A stretch of 64,000 nucleotides of DNA from a virus (IMGVR_UViG_2724679538_000004:45799-109798), one strand, 5' to 3'. Counted from the first letter of the stretch, positions 35,035-44,903 are shown. Notes: generated from the letters alone by a model not told the origin. Made by a program: numbers and translations.

Positions 35035-35317
35035 GATAATTTTCCTTATGTAAATTTAAAATTTATTGTCGTTAGCGTCTTCGCTTTCGACGAGTTCAAT
35101 TATCGATACGCGAAAAAAGATTTCAAGTGTTTTTTTAAATTTTTTTGCAGGGACGAAAGTCCTAGAAATAAAAGCGAGATCGTCGAAGGTGTTCCCTAAA
35201 TAAATAATCGATTCCGGCTTTTGACCTTATATATATTTAGGTTATTTAATTTATAGAATATAAAGAAGTGACATGAAAAATAATAACCGGACTTAGCCGG
35301 TTATTAACCTTATAGAT

Positions 35318-35626
35318 TTATTGGACAGACTCTACAGCCTTACGATTGGTGTCAAATAGCGCATCAACGAACTGTGCCGATGACTCGCTAGATTCGCAAT
35401 CCAACATTGCCCGTTCTTCATTTGCCACTTTCTTACACAGTTCCACATTCTCACCTATCGCTTTTCCTGCTTTTACGGCTGCCGAAAATTGATACATGCA
35501 AACTGATACATTCTGAGACGTTGAGCACACGTCATTCATCAGCGACTGAATGACAGGCTTATAGTCCATTGCATTTGCCGCAACTGAGCAAAGTAAAAAT
35601 AATGGTGGTAACAATATCGATTTCAT
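35318..35626 (-). CDS. small exported (periplasmic) protein
   Basis: Signal peptide MKSILLPPLFLLCSVAANA. Confidence 0.5.
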   Translation of the reverse strand: MKSILLPPLFLLCSVAANAMDYKPVIQSLMNDVCSTSQNVSVCMYQFSAAVKAGKAIGENVELCKKVANEERAMLDCESSESSAQFVDALFDTNRKAVESVQ

Positions 35627-35629
35627 AAC

Positions 35630-36226
35630 TCAAAAAGGCAAAATTCGTTCAACCCAATCGAACAAAACAACTATTTTTCTACCGTTCTCGACACGTAGTG
35701 TAACCTGACAAGCATCTGCGCCTGCTGACACCCCCTCAATTTCACGGCCATCCGCCATGTACACCCTTATAGATTTGTTTGCTTTATGGGCCTGGTTGCA
35801 AATTGCAAAAAAATCACGGCGTGATGGCCGATTGTCAACATAATCAGGGTGAACTGTTAATCGACCTTTGAAATCGTGAGCGATACCGTCAACCACACCT
35901 GATTCAATTGTACTAATGCGTTCAAGTGGAAGCCTTATACGATTTTCTTTGTCAAAAGGGGCTGGGCAAAGATCAACTTTGTTACGAGATGGCATGAGAC
36001 CATAAACGTACATGCAAAACGCCTGGCCATCTTCGAGAGTGGCCCTTACAGGAATTTGTTCTCTGCGCCAGAACATCAGGAGGTTTTCAATATTCTTATA
36101 ATCTCGCGGCCAGACCTCCGCTGGCACGCCGTAGGTGATGTCTTTAGTCGTCATGTCATTATAAAGTTGTTGGCAATATATCCATTGTACCATCCCAGGT
36201 TGTGAAGACCCGATATGTTTTAGCAT
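35630..36226 (-). CDS. hypothetical protein (start uncertain because it overlaps the upstream gene)
   Basis: 198-aa ORF. Confidence 0.45.
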   Translation of the reverse strand: MLKHIGSSQPGMVQWIYCQQLYNDMTTKDITYGVPAEVWPRDYKNIENLLMFWRREQIPVRATLEDGQAFCMYVYGLMPSRNKVDLCPAPFDKENRIRLPLERISTIESGVVDGIAHDFKGRLTVHPDYVDNRPSRRDFFAICNQAHKANKSIRVYMADGREIEGVSAGADACQVTLRVENGRKIVVLFDWVERILPF

Positions 36227-36578
36227 CGTTTTGTTTTAGCCTTATTTCTCGCTCCATCCGAGAAGGGTTAAATGCGCAAAGCCCTGAGCTTTCAATTGAT
36301 GTGCCAACTATCCACTCACCTTCATTAAGAAAGAAGGTGACTTTTTCTCCTGGTTTCAACTTGGCGGATGTCTCACCATTGATAAAAATGGAGGCATAAC
36401 AGCCTGAGCCTACAAGACCTTTGTCTCGAACAATCGTTAATGTTGATACATTTGGCGTCTGGTATTTGAAGATTCTTTCTTGAGGCGCAACTTTCGCTTT
36501 TGAAACTGAGATAGAGGAGGATGAACACCCAATTAGAGAGGCCCCAAACATTAAAATAATGAATTTTGTAGCTTTCAT
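36159..36578 (-). CDS. lipoprotein (putative)
   Basis: MKATKFIILMFGASLIGCSSS signal with L-I-G-C lipobox. Confidence 0.55.
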   Translation of the reverse strand: MKATKFIILMFGASLIGCSSSSISVSKAKVAPQERIFKYQTPNVSTLTIVRDKGLVGSGCYASIFINGETSAKLKPGEKVTFFLNEGEWIVGTSIESSGLCAFNPSRMEREIRLKQNDAKTYRVFTTWDGTMDILPTTL

Positions 36579-36602
36579 AGTACCTAACATATTAATTCAT
36601 CG

Positions 36603-37145
36603 TTATTTATTGATTAGTGTTCTCTTGTAAATATCTACCAGAAGATCGTCTCTTTTAATATCGGTGCAGATATCATCGAATGTCAATGTTTTCGATAATA
36701 TGCTTGCATTGTACTTTTCTATGAAACATTTTAGCGCCAGGTGGTCCTTGAAAATGAATGAAAAACCATATGATGAATCGCTATCATCTATGTATCTTTT
36801 GGCTTTAGGATAACCGTATAAATTTGAATGTAATTCTAATTTACCAGGCGACACACCATCACATGAATTCATAATCGAGAACAAACACGATAAATTGTAT
36901 GGGTAAAATACAATACCGCAATTGGTTTTTACCCCCTCAATATCTTTAACATATATATAGTGTTCATAATCGTCTTTATATGAAGCCTTAAGCTTATATC
37001 TGATTAGTTTATGTTCGCCATTTTGTATTGGAGATAGATATGCCTGTTTTGCTAAACAAGATTTTTTTGACTTATAATATGTATGAATGCATTCTTTAAT
37101 CTGCCTTGCACTCAAATAGTTATTGTCAATATTTAGCTTTCCCAT
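36603..37145 (-). CDS. hypothetical protein in an AT-rich segment
   Basis: 180-aa ORF; local base composition visibly more AT-rich than surrounding genes. Confidence 0.45.
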   Translation of the reverse strand: MGKLNIDNNYLSARQIKECIHTYYKSKKSCLAKQAYLSPIQNGEHKLIRYKLKASYKDDYEHYIYVKDIEGVKTNCGIVFYPYNLSCLFSIMNSCDGVSPGKLELHSNLYGYPKAKRYIDDSDSSYGFSFIFKDHLALKCFIEKYNASILSKTLTFDDICTDIKRDDLLVDIYKRTLINK

Positions 37146-37464
37146 ATAGCTCTATAAACTGAAACCAAAACGCTTGTTAATAGCCTACAAACCTCGTTCA
37201 GCCAATCAAGTTTTTTTCTCAGCCGGAGGCTTGCGCTTATAAAAATGTGATCAATATCACGCATTGTCGCTCACTACATACACGTGAACTCTCACAATCT
37301 TCTAGTTACGCCTGATTGATTTATAGCCTTTTTGGTGAAAACAAGAGCAAATTGTGAATTTTATTTAATATCAGAGGATAATTACTTCAACAACATCATT
37401 GATGTGCCTCTTTTGACAAGTAAGCACATCATAATCTTAGTAATTAGAGGAAGAAGATAGAACG

Positions 37465-37761
37465 TTACGGTAGCCTGCTAAGGATTTCGTCCAGATCTTC
37501 CTTAGTCAAATTTGAGTTTTCATAAATCTGCATAATCCTTTCGCGAGCTTTAGCAGAAGCTTTTGCAGTTGCGCCCAAAGAAGAAGCAATTTTGTCAAAC
37601 TCGGCCATCGGCATCTTTTCAAGTACAACATTGATGATTTCAGACTTTGACAGTTTTAGGTTTTTGTCTTTCAGTTTGGCTTTAAATTTTGTTAGTTTGT
37701 TGTTCGCCTGTTCAGTTAATGCGACCTGACAATACGTTGTTTTTTTCTCGCTCATAGTCAA
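37465..37761 (-). CDS. small DNA-binding-like protein (possible ribbon-helix-helix)
   Basis: N-terminal strand-then-helix pattern (TTYCQVALTEQANNKL); ATGA-coupled to the helicase gene. Confidence 0.35.
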   Translation of the reverse strand: MTMSEKKTTYCQVALTEQANNKLTKFKAKLKDKNLKLSKSEIINVVLEKMPMAEFDKIASSLGATAKASAKARERIMQIYENSNLTKEDLDEILSRLP

Positions 37762-39317
37762 TCTCGTTTCAAAATCCCAAAATCAAAAGTACCACCTACT
37801 GGCAAAACGCCTTCCGCAAAACCTGGTGTTGTATCGATAATATGCTTCCGTTCGTAAGAATGAGACAGTAAGTATTTATTACTAACGTCAATAAAATCAC
37901 TGATAAAGCACACATTGGCTTGATTTTTCTTGGCTCGAAGGCCGCGACCAACACGTTGCCTCATCTCAACTTCGGCCTTTCCACCACCAGCCAGAATCAC
38001 TGCCCCAACACTCGGTACATCAACACCAACATCCAGAATAGTCGACCCTATTAAAACATCTATTTCGCCGGACGCTAAACTATTCAATTTTGCTTGCCTT
38101 GTCGATTGGTTGGACTCGCCATAAATGAAGTCAACTTTCAGACCGGACTCCTTCATCATTTCCATTAAGATCTGCCCGTGGCGCTTAAGGCGAACTAGAG
38201 TCATACAGTTCAGAGAATGCTTTTTATACATTAACGCTTCTCGAACTATGGCCTCGTTACGACTTAGATTATATACGATCCCCAACTGATAAGCCTTTTG
38301 GTAGGCGGTACTCATGCCAACCCTAAAATTTAGATGCTTATTAGCGAGTTCAGCCTTGATTCGTGCCTCGTCTGGAATGTAGGCAATTTTATGATAGAGG
38401 AAGTATGGTTTGGCCAAAATACCTTTATCAATTAGATATTTTTCTGTGACCTTGATTTCTATGCGACCAGCCACGGCCATCAGGCGCATGTTGGCTTCGG
38501 TAGAGTCCTTCATGAAAGGGGTTGCAGTCAGCGCAAGACGATAATCTGCGTTCACACAAAGACGGGCGATATCATAGAAGTTGGAGCCGGAAGACTCATG
38601 GGCTTCTTCAAGAATGAGAAGAGAAACGCTAGAAAGAAAGCGCTTTACCAAATCTCGGCGTTTTAGATGGTAGTTTTTCTTATCTGCCGATGCGTCTCGT
38701 GGCGGCTCTTCAAGGAAGCTTGCCAATGTCTGTACCGTGGCGACGTTGATATGACGTGAAACCTGAAACTCACCAGATCCAATTACTCCAACTTTCTGAC
38801 CTTTTAGCCATGATTCGCCATTTTCTGCACGGTAATCGATAGATTTCTGAAAGTTTTCTGCCATTTGATACATCAGAACAGAACGAGTGGTTAAAAATAG
38901 CGTCATGCGGCCAATTCTTGCAGCTGCTTTACATGCAACGTTAGATTTCCCGCCACCAGTTGCGATCTGCGCAATCATCATCCCTTCTCGTACTAGAGTT
39001 TCTACCGTCTGATCCTGATATGCATAATCTGGGTTATATGGGAAAGGGTTAACAACTGGGTTTGGTTTCCCAAGTGCAGGGGCTTTGTCCTTTCGAATAT
39101 GTAAGCATTTGATGCCTGCTTTATTCAGATTCGAGGCTACAGGCTTCGCGAATCCAGCGGGGAACGAGTTTTTGCTCCAGTTGAACATGGTGCTTGTGCC
39201 TTTCCAATCACCAGCTTCAACTTCATAGCTCAGCATCTCTTGCACGAGTCGTTTTACATTGTCATCAGCGCCAGAAATCAGTGCGTTTACAGCATTAGAT
39301 ACAATCCGAACTGTCAT
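37758..39317 (-). CDS. superfamily-2 DEAD/DEAH-type helicase
   Basis: Motif I ATGGGKS, motif II LEEAHE, motif III TATP, motif VI QRVGRGLR. Confidence 0.8.
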   Translation of the reverse strand: MTVRIVSNAVNALISGADDNVKRLVQEMLSYEVEAGDWKGTSTMFNWSKNSFPAGFAKPVASNLNKAGIKCLHIRKDKAPALGKPNPVVNPFPYNPDYAYQDQTVETLVREGMMIAQIATGGGKSNVACKAAARIGRMTLFLTTRSVLMYQMAENFQKSIDYRAENGESWLKGQKVGVIGSGEFQVSRHINVATVQTLASFLEEPPRDASADKKNYHLKRRDLVKRFLSSVSLLILEEAHESSGSNFYDIARLCVNADYRLALTATPFMKDSTEANMRLMAVAGRIEIKVTEKYLIDKGILAKPYFLYHKIAYIPDEARIKAELANKHLNFRVGMSTAYQKAYQLGIVYNLSRNEAIVREALMYKKHSLNCMTLVRLKRHGQILMEMMKESGLKVDFIYGESNQSTRQAKLNSLASGEIDVLIGSTILDVGVDVPSVGAVILAGGGKAEVEMRQRVGRGLRAKKNQANVCFISDFIDVSNKYLLSHSYERKHIIDTTPGFAEGVLPVGGTFDFGILKRD

Positions 39318-39361
39318 AAATCTCTTTCCTTCGTGCCTTTTGTGTGTTATTTGGCTATCAT

Positions 39362-39385
39362 AATAAGTAAGTGCTTATCTAATGG
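39362..39385. promoter_or_regulatory. copy of recurrent palindrome in a divergent intergenic region (AATAAGTAAGTGCTTATCTAATGG)
   Basis: Lies between the minus-strand helicase and the plus-strand ParB-like gene. Confidence 0.35.
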
Positions 39386-40080
39386 ATTGTATCAGCAAAA
39401 TGGATGTGAAAATCACGATTTTGCAGGTTGAAGTGGCCAACCTGCGTCCAAATTCATGGAACACCAACTCAGTAGGTGCTCAAAACTTCGAAAAACTGAA
39501 AGGATCTATCGAAAAATTGGGCTTTTTTAAGCCTATTTTGGCGCGTGAGCTTAATGACGGCATTTATGAAATCCTCGGCGGCGAACATCGCTGGCGTGCG
39601 GCCATTGAACAAGGAATTTCAACGGTTCCAGTGCTATCGGTTGGCAAAATTAGCGACTTAGTAGCGAAACAGATGTCACTCGTGGACAACGAACGCTACG
39701 GCGAAGACGATCAGATTGCTTTGCAGCGCTTTATTGAAGAAATTCAGTCTGAACTCGATTACCAGTTGTCAGAAATTGCCCCTTATGACGATGAAATTTC
39801 TATGGTTCTTGCAAAAGAGGCTGCAATTGACCTCGAAGCTCTTGAGGCACTGTCGCGTGGGGAGGATGAGCCTGTAGATACTGACAAGCGTGAAAAAATC
39901 GAACGCGCCGGAACAGATCATCAGACCATGCGTTTCAAAGTTACCTTTGATGCGTCAGATCGTGTTGCCGACACAATAAAAAACATCATCAAAGAACAAG
40001 CAATTAACACTGGCAATGAAATGGAGAACGCTGGTGAGGCTTTGGTGTGGCTGGTCGACTACTACAAGGAGCGTATGTAA
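39382..40080 (+). CDS. ParB-like nuclease-domain protein 1
   Basis: ILGGEHRWRAA matches the ParB/Srx box (GxxRxxA). Confidence 0.65.
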   Translation: MDCISKMDVKITILQVEVANLRPNSWNTNSVGAQNFEKLKGSIEKLGFFKPILARELNDGIYEILGGEHRWRAAIEQGISTVPVLSVGKISDLVAKQMSLVDNERYGEDDQIALQRFIEEIQSELDYQLSEIAPYDDEISMVLAKEAAIDLEALEALSRGEDEPVDTDKREKIERAGTDHQTMRFKVTFDASDRVADTIKNIIKEQAINTGNEMENAGEALVWLVDYYKERM

Positions 40081-40748
40081 TGACCAAAAAGTTTGAAATC
40101 GTATATCGCAATCCGGCAGATCTCATTCCTTACGAGATGAATGCCAAAAAGCATGATGAACAGCAGATCCGAGATCTGGCCGCAGCCATTAAAAAGCGCG
40201 GATTTGACCAGCCAATTACGGTCGATAAGAACGACGTAATTATTACTGGCCACGGCCGCCGTGAGGCTGCAATTTTTGCTGGGCTTGAGCGCGTACCAGT
40301 TATTGTTCGCGATGATCTGAGTGATGACGAGGTTCGTGCGAAGCGCCTTGAAGATAACCGACTCGCCAGCATTGATTACGATGCAATTAAGCTACAGAAA
40401 GAGCTTGAGTCGCTTGTTCTGGACGATATCGAGGTTTTCGGCTTTGAAGAGCGAGAGTTGAATGTTCTCGTTGGCAGCATGACTGAGGAAATGGATACCG
40501 ACTCGTTAGTTATCGATCTGGGCGAAGAAACCAAACGACAGAAGGATGAGCACACCGAAATCAGTCGTGAAGTTGCAGCGGAAGAAGTGCGCGTTGTCGA
40601 CGTATTGGGCTTTAAAACGCTCCCTGCTGGCTCTGCCATTGTTGTTGGTGATTTGCTTGCCCACATGGAAGAAATGACTGGAGAAAGCGGGGTAGACGCA
40701 TTTGTGGCATATGCGGAGAAGATCTCTTCCGGGGAGATGACTGCATGA
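40080..40748 (+). CDS. ParB-like nuclease-domain protein 2
   Basis: ITGHGRREAAIFAG ParB box; TAATG coupling with AAGGAG RBS. Confidence 0.65.
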   Translation: MTKKFEIVYRNPADLIPYEMNAKKHDEQQIRDLAAAIKKRGFDQPITVDKNDVIITGHGRREAAIFAGLERVPVIVRDDLSDDEVRAKRLEDNRLASIDYDAIKLQKELESLVLDDIEVFGFEERELNVLVGSMTEEMDTDSLVIDLGEETKRQKDEHTEISREVAAEEVRVVDVLGFKTLPAGSAIVVGDLLAHMEEMTGESGVDAFVAYAEKISSGEMTA

Positions 40749-41383
40749 GCAAATACATCATCAACGTATCGTTTCAGACTCGCGTAAATAAAACCACGCG
40801 CACGTTGGAAATCGCCGAGTCGTTCGGGCTTGGCCTTGACGAAAAAGAGTGGACGCTTTACGACAATCTGGAGCTGGAAGTTAAGCAGGGCGATGTAGTG
40901 TACATCACCGGCCAATCCGGTTCAGGCAAATCAGTTGTGCTGCGCGAACTGCAACGCCAGATGAAAGATGAAGGGCTTTCTGTGGCCTCCATCGATGATT
41001 TTACATTCGACAATGATGTTAACGTCATCGACCAGCTAGGGAAAACAACCAGCGAAGCGCTGGGGCTGCTGTCTATGGCCGGATTGAATGACGCCTATCT
41101 CTTTGTGCGCAAACCTTCCGAAATGTCTGACGGTCAGAAATATCGTCTCAAGATCGCCAAGCTAATTGAGTCAGGCGCAAAAGTGTGGGCTGCGGACGAG
41201 TTCGGTGCTGTTCTTGATCGTGTAACGGCGCAGGTCGTGGCGTCCAATCTACAGCGTGCAGCCCGTAAAGTTGGGGCGACGGTGATGGTTGCGACAACTC
41301 ATGAGGACCTTAAAAACGCTCTTCGTCCTGATATGCAGATCACTAAGCACTATAAAGAGCGAGTGAAGGTGGAATATGCCTGA
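40745..41383 (+). CDS. small ABC-type ATPase
   Basis: Walker A GQSGSGKS, signature-like SDGQKYR, Walker B AADEFG, H-loop TTHE; ATGA coupling. Confidence 0.6.
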   Translation: MSKYIINVSFQTRVNKTTRTLEIAESFGLGLDEKEWTLYDNLELEVKQGDVVYITGQSGSGKSVVLRELQRQMKDEGLSVASIDDFTFDNDVNVIDQLGKTTSEALGLLSMAGLNDAYLFVRKPSEMSDGQKYRLKIAKLIESGAKVWAADEFGAVLDRVTAQVVASNLQRAARKVGATVMVATTHEDLKNALRPDMQITKHYKERVKVEYA

Positions 41384-41630
41384 TTTGAAGATTGTAGAGC
41401 TGAAGCCATCGAAAGAGGATGACAATAACAATGTTGAGGTCATCCGCTTGCTGGAAGAAGCACTCCAGTACGCCAGAGAAGGCAAATCCCAGAGTCTGGC
41501 GCTGCTGATGATCAATAACGACGGCAGTGTCATGGATTGCTGGCATAACGGTGGGCGTCCTTACGTCATGGTTGGGGCGATGGAATCGCTTCGCCTGGAC
41601 TTCATCAATGCCAATATAGAGCGCAGGTGA
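41376..41630 (+). CDS. hypothetical small protein
   Basis: 84-aa ORF overlapping the ATPase gene. Confidence 0.4.
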   Translation: MPDLKIVELKPSKEDDNNNVEVIRLLEEALQYAREGKSQSLALLMINNDGSVMDCWHNGGRPYVMVGAMESLRLDFINANIERR

Positions 41631-41635
41631 TCGAC

Positions 41636-42526
41636 ATGACAGACATCATCATCAAACGCTACCGCCTTGAAGAGTTTCCGCGTCATCTGGACTTTCTGGA
41701 GCGAATGACTGTCACAAAGGGGACTGTAGAGGACTGGCACGCTCTTAAGTCGCTTCACTACAAAACTGACGGCAAACCTTTCGCACCAACTTATTATCGC
41801 TGCGAACTGGATGGCCGTCTGGTGGGCGTCGTGGTAATGGCTTACCCGAAACTTTTGCTGGCACCTCGCCATCGCATGTTTCCTAAGTTGAAACCAACCA
41901 CTAACACCACCGTGGCGAACCAGTACTGGGGGCGATACGTGAATAACAACTTTGCGGTGATCAGTCGCTCAGTTGTGGATACTCAGTACCGTGGCGTTGG
42001 CGTCTCTTATCGAATGATTAACCTGGTTAGCAGGATGCATGATCGGCCAATAATTGAGATCCAGTCCTCAATGAGCAAATACAATCCCTTCGCCATGAAA
42101 GCAGGGTTCAAGTTCATCCGCCCTGAGCGACCGAAGAGCTATGAAAGTGCACTGCGTGTGTTCCAGCGCCATTTCCGCTCCGACCCGGGAGATAACGAGG
42201 CGATCGTCAAAGAGTTGTTCGCAATGAGCGAGTCCCGTCGTCGCCGTGCACTGCGTGATCTGGTGGCGGACTACCACAAGAACAGTTCCCTGGCAAAAGC
42301 TGGGCGGAATCGTGGCACGACGATTCAGGACATTGCCGACAGTCTCGTGGACGAGGCCAGCATAGTGAAGCTGCTCAAGGACATTCACAACCTGAGCTTT
42401 ACGTCTCCGTTGTATGGTGTGTACCGAAACCCTGACTTTGGCCGTCGACTGCCTGATTCGCTGCCACTGCTGGCATTCGACAAACAACCTTTGGATAAAC
42501 CGTTAGAAATTGCTTTACCGGCATAA
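41636..42526 (+). CDS. GNAT-like acyltransferase-fold protein (putative)
   Basis: VVDTQYRGVGVSYRMINLV resembles GNAT motif A (Q/R-x-x-G-x-G/A). Confidence 0.45.
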   Translation: MTDIIIKRYRLEEFPRHLDFLERMTVTKGTVEDWHALKSLHYKTDGKPFAPTYYRCELDGRLVGVVVMAYPKLLLAPRHRMFPKLKPTTNTTVANQYWGRYVNNNFAVISRSVVDTQYRGVGVSYRMINLVSRMHDRPIIEIQSSMSKYNPFAMKAGFKFIRPERPKSYESALRVFQRHFRSDPGDNEAIVKELFAMSESRRRRALRDLVADYHKNSSLAKAGRNRGTTIQDIADSLVDEASIVKLLKDIHNLSFTSPLYGVYRNPDFGRRLPDSLPLLAFDKQPLDKPLEIALPA

Positions 42527-42535
42527 GGATTTGCC

Positions 42536-42802
42536 ATGACGTTAACCGATAAACAAAAGGACATTATCAAAACGCTCAATCTCGGTTATGAACGAGGACA
42601 TCTACTTGATCTGGACGAATTGCTTGAAGTTTTGCCCTACAAAACATCTAAGCAAAGTATCCAGTTCTCTATTCGCGCACTGATCAAAAAAGGGCTGGTG
42701 GAGAAAGGAAACACTCGCCAGCGCAGTGATACTCGATATCACCGTCGTACTCTTGGGTTAACTACTTTAGGTCGAGCACGAGCCAAATTACTGGTGATGT
42801 AA
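42536..42802 (+). CDS. small basic protein, possible winged-helix DNA-binding
   Basis: 88-aa basic ORF. Confidence 0.35.
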   Translation: MTLTDKQKDIIKTLNLGYERGHLLDLDELLEVLPYKTSKQSIQFSIRALIKKGLVEKGNTRQRSDTRYHRRTLGLTTLGRARAKLLVM

Positions 42803-42804
42803 TA

Positions 42805-42903
42805 GGTCTGGGGTGCTTATTTAAAGCCTGCGTCTGTATATATAAATAATAAATAACTTATTAAATATATACGGAAGCAGGTTCAATAAGACACGCCCAG
42901 ACC
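42805..42903. repeat. nested-hairpin element paralogous to 13237-13335
   Basis: Outer GGTCTGGGG/CCCAGACC, inner CCTGCGTCTGTATATATA/TATATACGGAAGCAGG. Confidence 0.5.
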
Positions 42904-42917
42904 TAATTTGACACCCC

Positions 42918-42964
42918 AGAAAACAAGTTGGTTAGTGAATGCAATAAACAAGTTGTTTTAGAGC
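42918..42964 (+). promoter_or_regulatory. two copies of the promoter/operator family motif
   Basis: CAGAAAACAAGTTGGTTAG and AATAAACAAGTTGTTTTAGAG. Confidence 0.4.
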
Positions 42965-42998
42965 GCATGGACGCGCTCTGTGTGTTTTAGAGGGATCT

Positions 42999-43631
42999 AT
43001 GACTGTCGAAAAAGACGAGGGAAAAACTCGCCTGACACCAGCGGAGTGGGCCGAAGCAGAAGCCAAATGGACGTCAGGCGAATATACACTCTCAAAGCTG
43101 GAGGAAGAGTACGGCATTCGCCGTGAAACACTCTCCAGACATTTCAAAAAGCGAGGATTGGAGAAAGGCGCAGACTCTGTTGGGAAGATGGTTCGCGAGT
43201 CTCTCAAATCTGACGCAGAGCTTCGTGCTAAAGCCCGTGCAGAAAAGATAGAAGAACGTCGTACACGTTATGACGGCTGGGCATATGCCTTGGGGCAGAT
43301 GGTGATGGTCGAAGTCACTACTGCTAAACGTGAGGGAAAACCTTTAGGGGGGATTGAGGATTCTCTTAAGAGCTTACAGAGAGCAAGTAATACCCTTGCA
43401 AAATGCTTTGAAATTTCGTCCAAAGCGTTGGGCATGGATCATGCGGAAAATGACGAGGAAGAAATTCCTAACCTGGTATTTGGCGAACTTACGCCTTCTC
43501 AGGTGGCGAAATTACGTCAGGAAGACGATGAGCCTGAAATCATCGATGACGAATTGCTTGAGGCACTAGAGGAAGAAGCTCTTAGCGAACTGGACGCCAG
43601 TGAGGAGGAGAGCGAAGGGGGAGATAAGTAA
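42999..43631 (+). CDS. terminase small subunit (putative)
   Basis: Immediately upstream of and coupled to the large terminase; acidic C-terminus. Confidence 0.5.
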   Translation: MTVEKDEGKTRLTPAEWAEAEAKWTSGEYTLSKLEEEYGIRRETLSRHFKKRGLEKGADSVGKMVRESLKSDAELRAKARAEKIEERRTRYDGWAYALGQMVMVEVTTAKREGKPLGGIEDSLKSLQRASNTLAKCFEISSKALGMDHAENDEEEIPNLVFGELTPSQVAKLRQEDDEPEIIDDELLEALEEEALSELDASEEESEGGDK

Positions 43632-44887
43632 TGTCGATCCCGTCTTCTCTGAGTCTTGTGCAGCTGCATTCTGGGCAGATGAAGGTGTTCCAGTCGCCAC
43701 ATCGATTTAAGGTGGTATGCGCAGGTCGTCGCTGGGGTAAGTCCAGGTTGTCGATCTCAACCATAATTCGTGCGGCAGCAAAGAGCAAAAAGCAAAGAGT
43801 CTGGTACGTAGCGCCGACCTATCAAATGGCACGCCAGATTCTGTGGGATGACCTACAGGAAGTTCTGCCTCGCAAGTGGGTTCGTAAAAAGAACGACACC
43901 ACGATGACAATCGTGTTGAAGAACGGTTCTGAGATCGCCCTCAAAGGTGCTGATAAACCTGACACTCTGCGCGGCGTAGCGTTGCATTTTGTAGTGCTTG
44001 ATGAATTTCAGGATATGAAGGCTGATACCTGGTACAAGGTATTACGACCTACTCTTTCATCGACACGAGGCGGTGCACTGATCATTGGTACGCCAAAAGG
44101 ATTCTCGGAATTTCACAAACTGTGGACCATCGGCCAGAACATTGAGCTGCAAAGAAAAGGACAGTGGAAGAGTTGGCAGTTTGTTACCGCTGATTCTCCG
44201 TTTGTGCCTACTGCCGAAATCGAAGCGGCAAAGAACGATATGGACCCGAAGTCCTTTGCGCAGGAATACCTGGCCAGCTTCGAAAACATGTCAGGTCGTG
44301 TTTATTACCCGTTTGATCGTAACGTGCATGTGAAGCCACTCCAGTTCAATCCGAAACTACCTATTTGGGTTGGGCAGGATTTCAACATAGACCCGATGTC
44401 TTCTGTAATTTTGCAACCACAGCCAAACGGTGAACTATGGGCAGTTGATGAGTTGGTACTCTTCTCATCAAACACGGCAGAAGTGTGTGACGAACTGGAA
44501 CGACGCTATTGGCGATGGAAATCGCAGGTGACGATTTTTCCTGACCCCGCTGGGGCATATCGTCAGCACGCGCGAGGTGAATCAGATGTCGATATCTTTA
44601 AAGAAAAGGGATTCTTACGTGTTGACTATTCGAAGAAGCACCCGCCGATTGCAGATCGTGTGAATGCTGTAAACCGTATGCTGATGAGCGCATCAGGTGA
44701 AGTTCGTCTCTATGTCGATCCTAAGTGCAAGCACCTCATAGATTCTCTTGAAAAGGTTATCTACAAGCCCGGATCTCGTGACATGGATAAGTCAGGTGGG
44801 GTTGAGCACAGCGCAGACGCATTGGGCTACCCAGTTCATCGTAGGTATCCGGTGAAAAATCGTGTTATTCTTGGTGGATCTAGATAG
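43631..44887 (+). CDS. terminase large subunit
   Basis: Walker A VVCAGRRWGKSRL, Walker B FVVLDEFQD; followed by the portal gene. Confidence 0.75.
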   Translation: MSIPSSLSLVQLHSGQMKVFQSPHRFKVVCAGRRWGKSRLSISTIIRAAAKSKKQRVWYVAPTYQMARQILWDDLQEVLPRKWVRKKNDTTMTIVLKNGSEIALKGADKPDTLRGVALHFVVLDEFQDMKADTWYKVLRPTLSSTRGGALIIGTPKGFSEFHKLWTIGQNIELQRKGQWKSWQFVTADSPFVPTAEIEAAKNDMDPKSFAQEYLASFENMSGRVYYPFDRNVHVKPLQFNPKLPIWVGQDFNIDPMSSVILQPQPNGELWAVDELVLFSSNTAEVCDELERRYWRWKSQVTIFPDPAGAYRQHARGESDVDIFKEKGFLRVDYSKKHPPIADRVNAVNRMLMSASGEVRLYVDPKCKHLIDSLEKVIYKPGSRDMDKSGGVEHSADALGYPVHRRYPVKNRVILGGSR

Positions 44888-44903
44888 GTAAGTACTTACC
44901 TAT
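44884..44903. promoter_or_regulatory. copy of recurrent palindrome (ATAGGTAAGTACTTACCTAT)
   Basis: Perfect copy overlapping the TerL stop codon, 19 nt before the portal start. Confidence 0.4.

Noticed and set aside
40376-40915. Minus-strand ORF 40376-40915 overlapping the ParB-like and ATPase genes
   Set aside because: Low-complexity Ser-rich antisense translation overlapping two motif-supported plus-strand genes.
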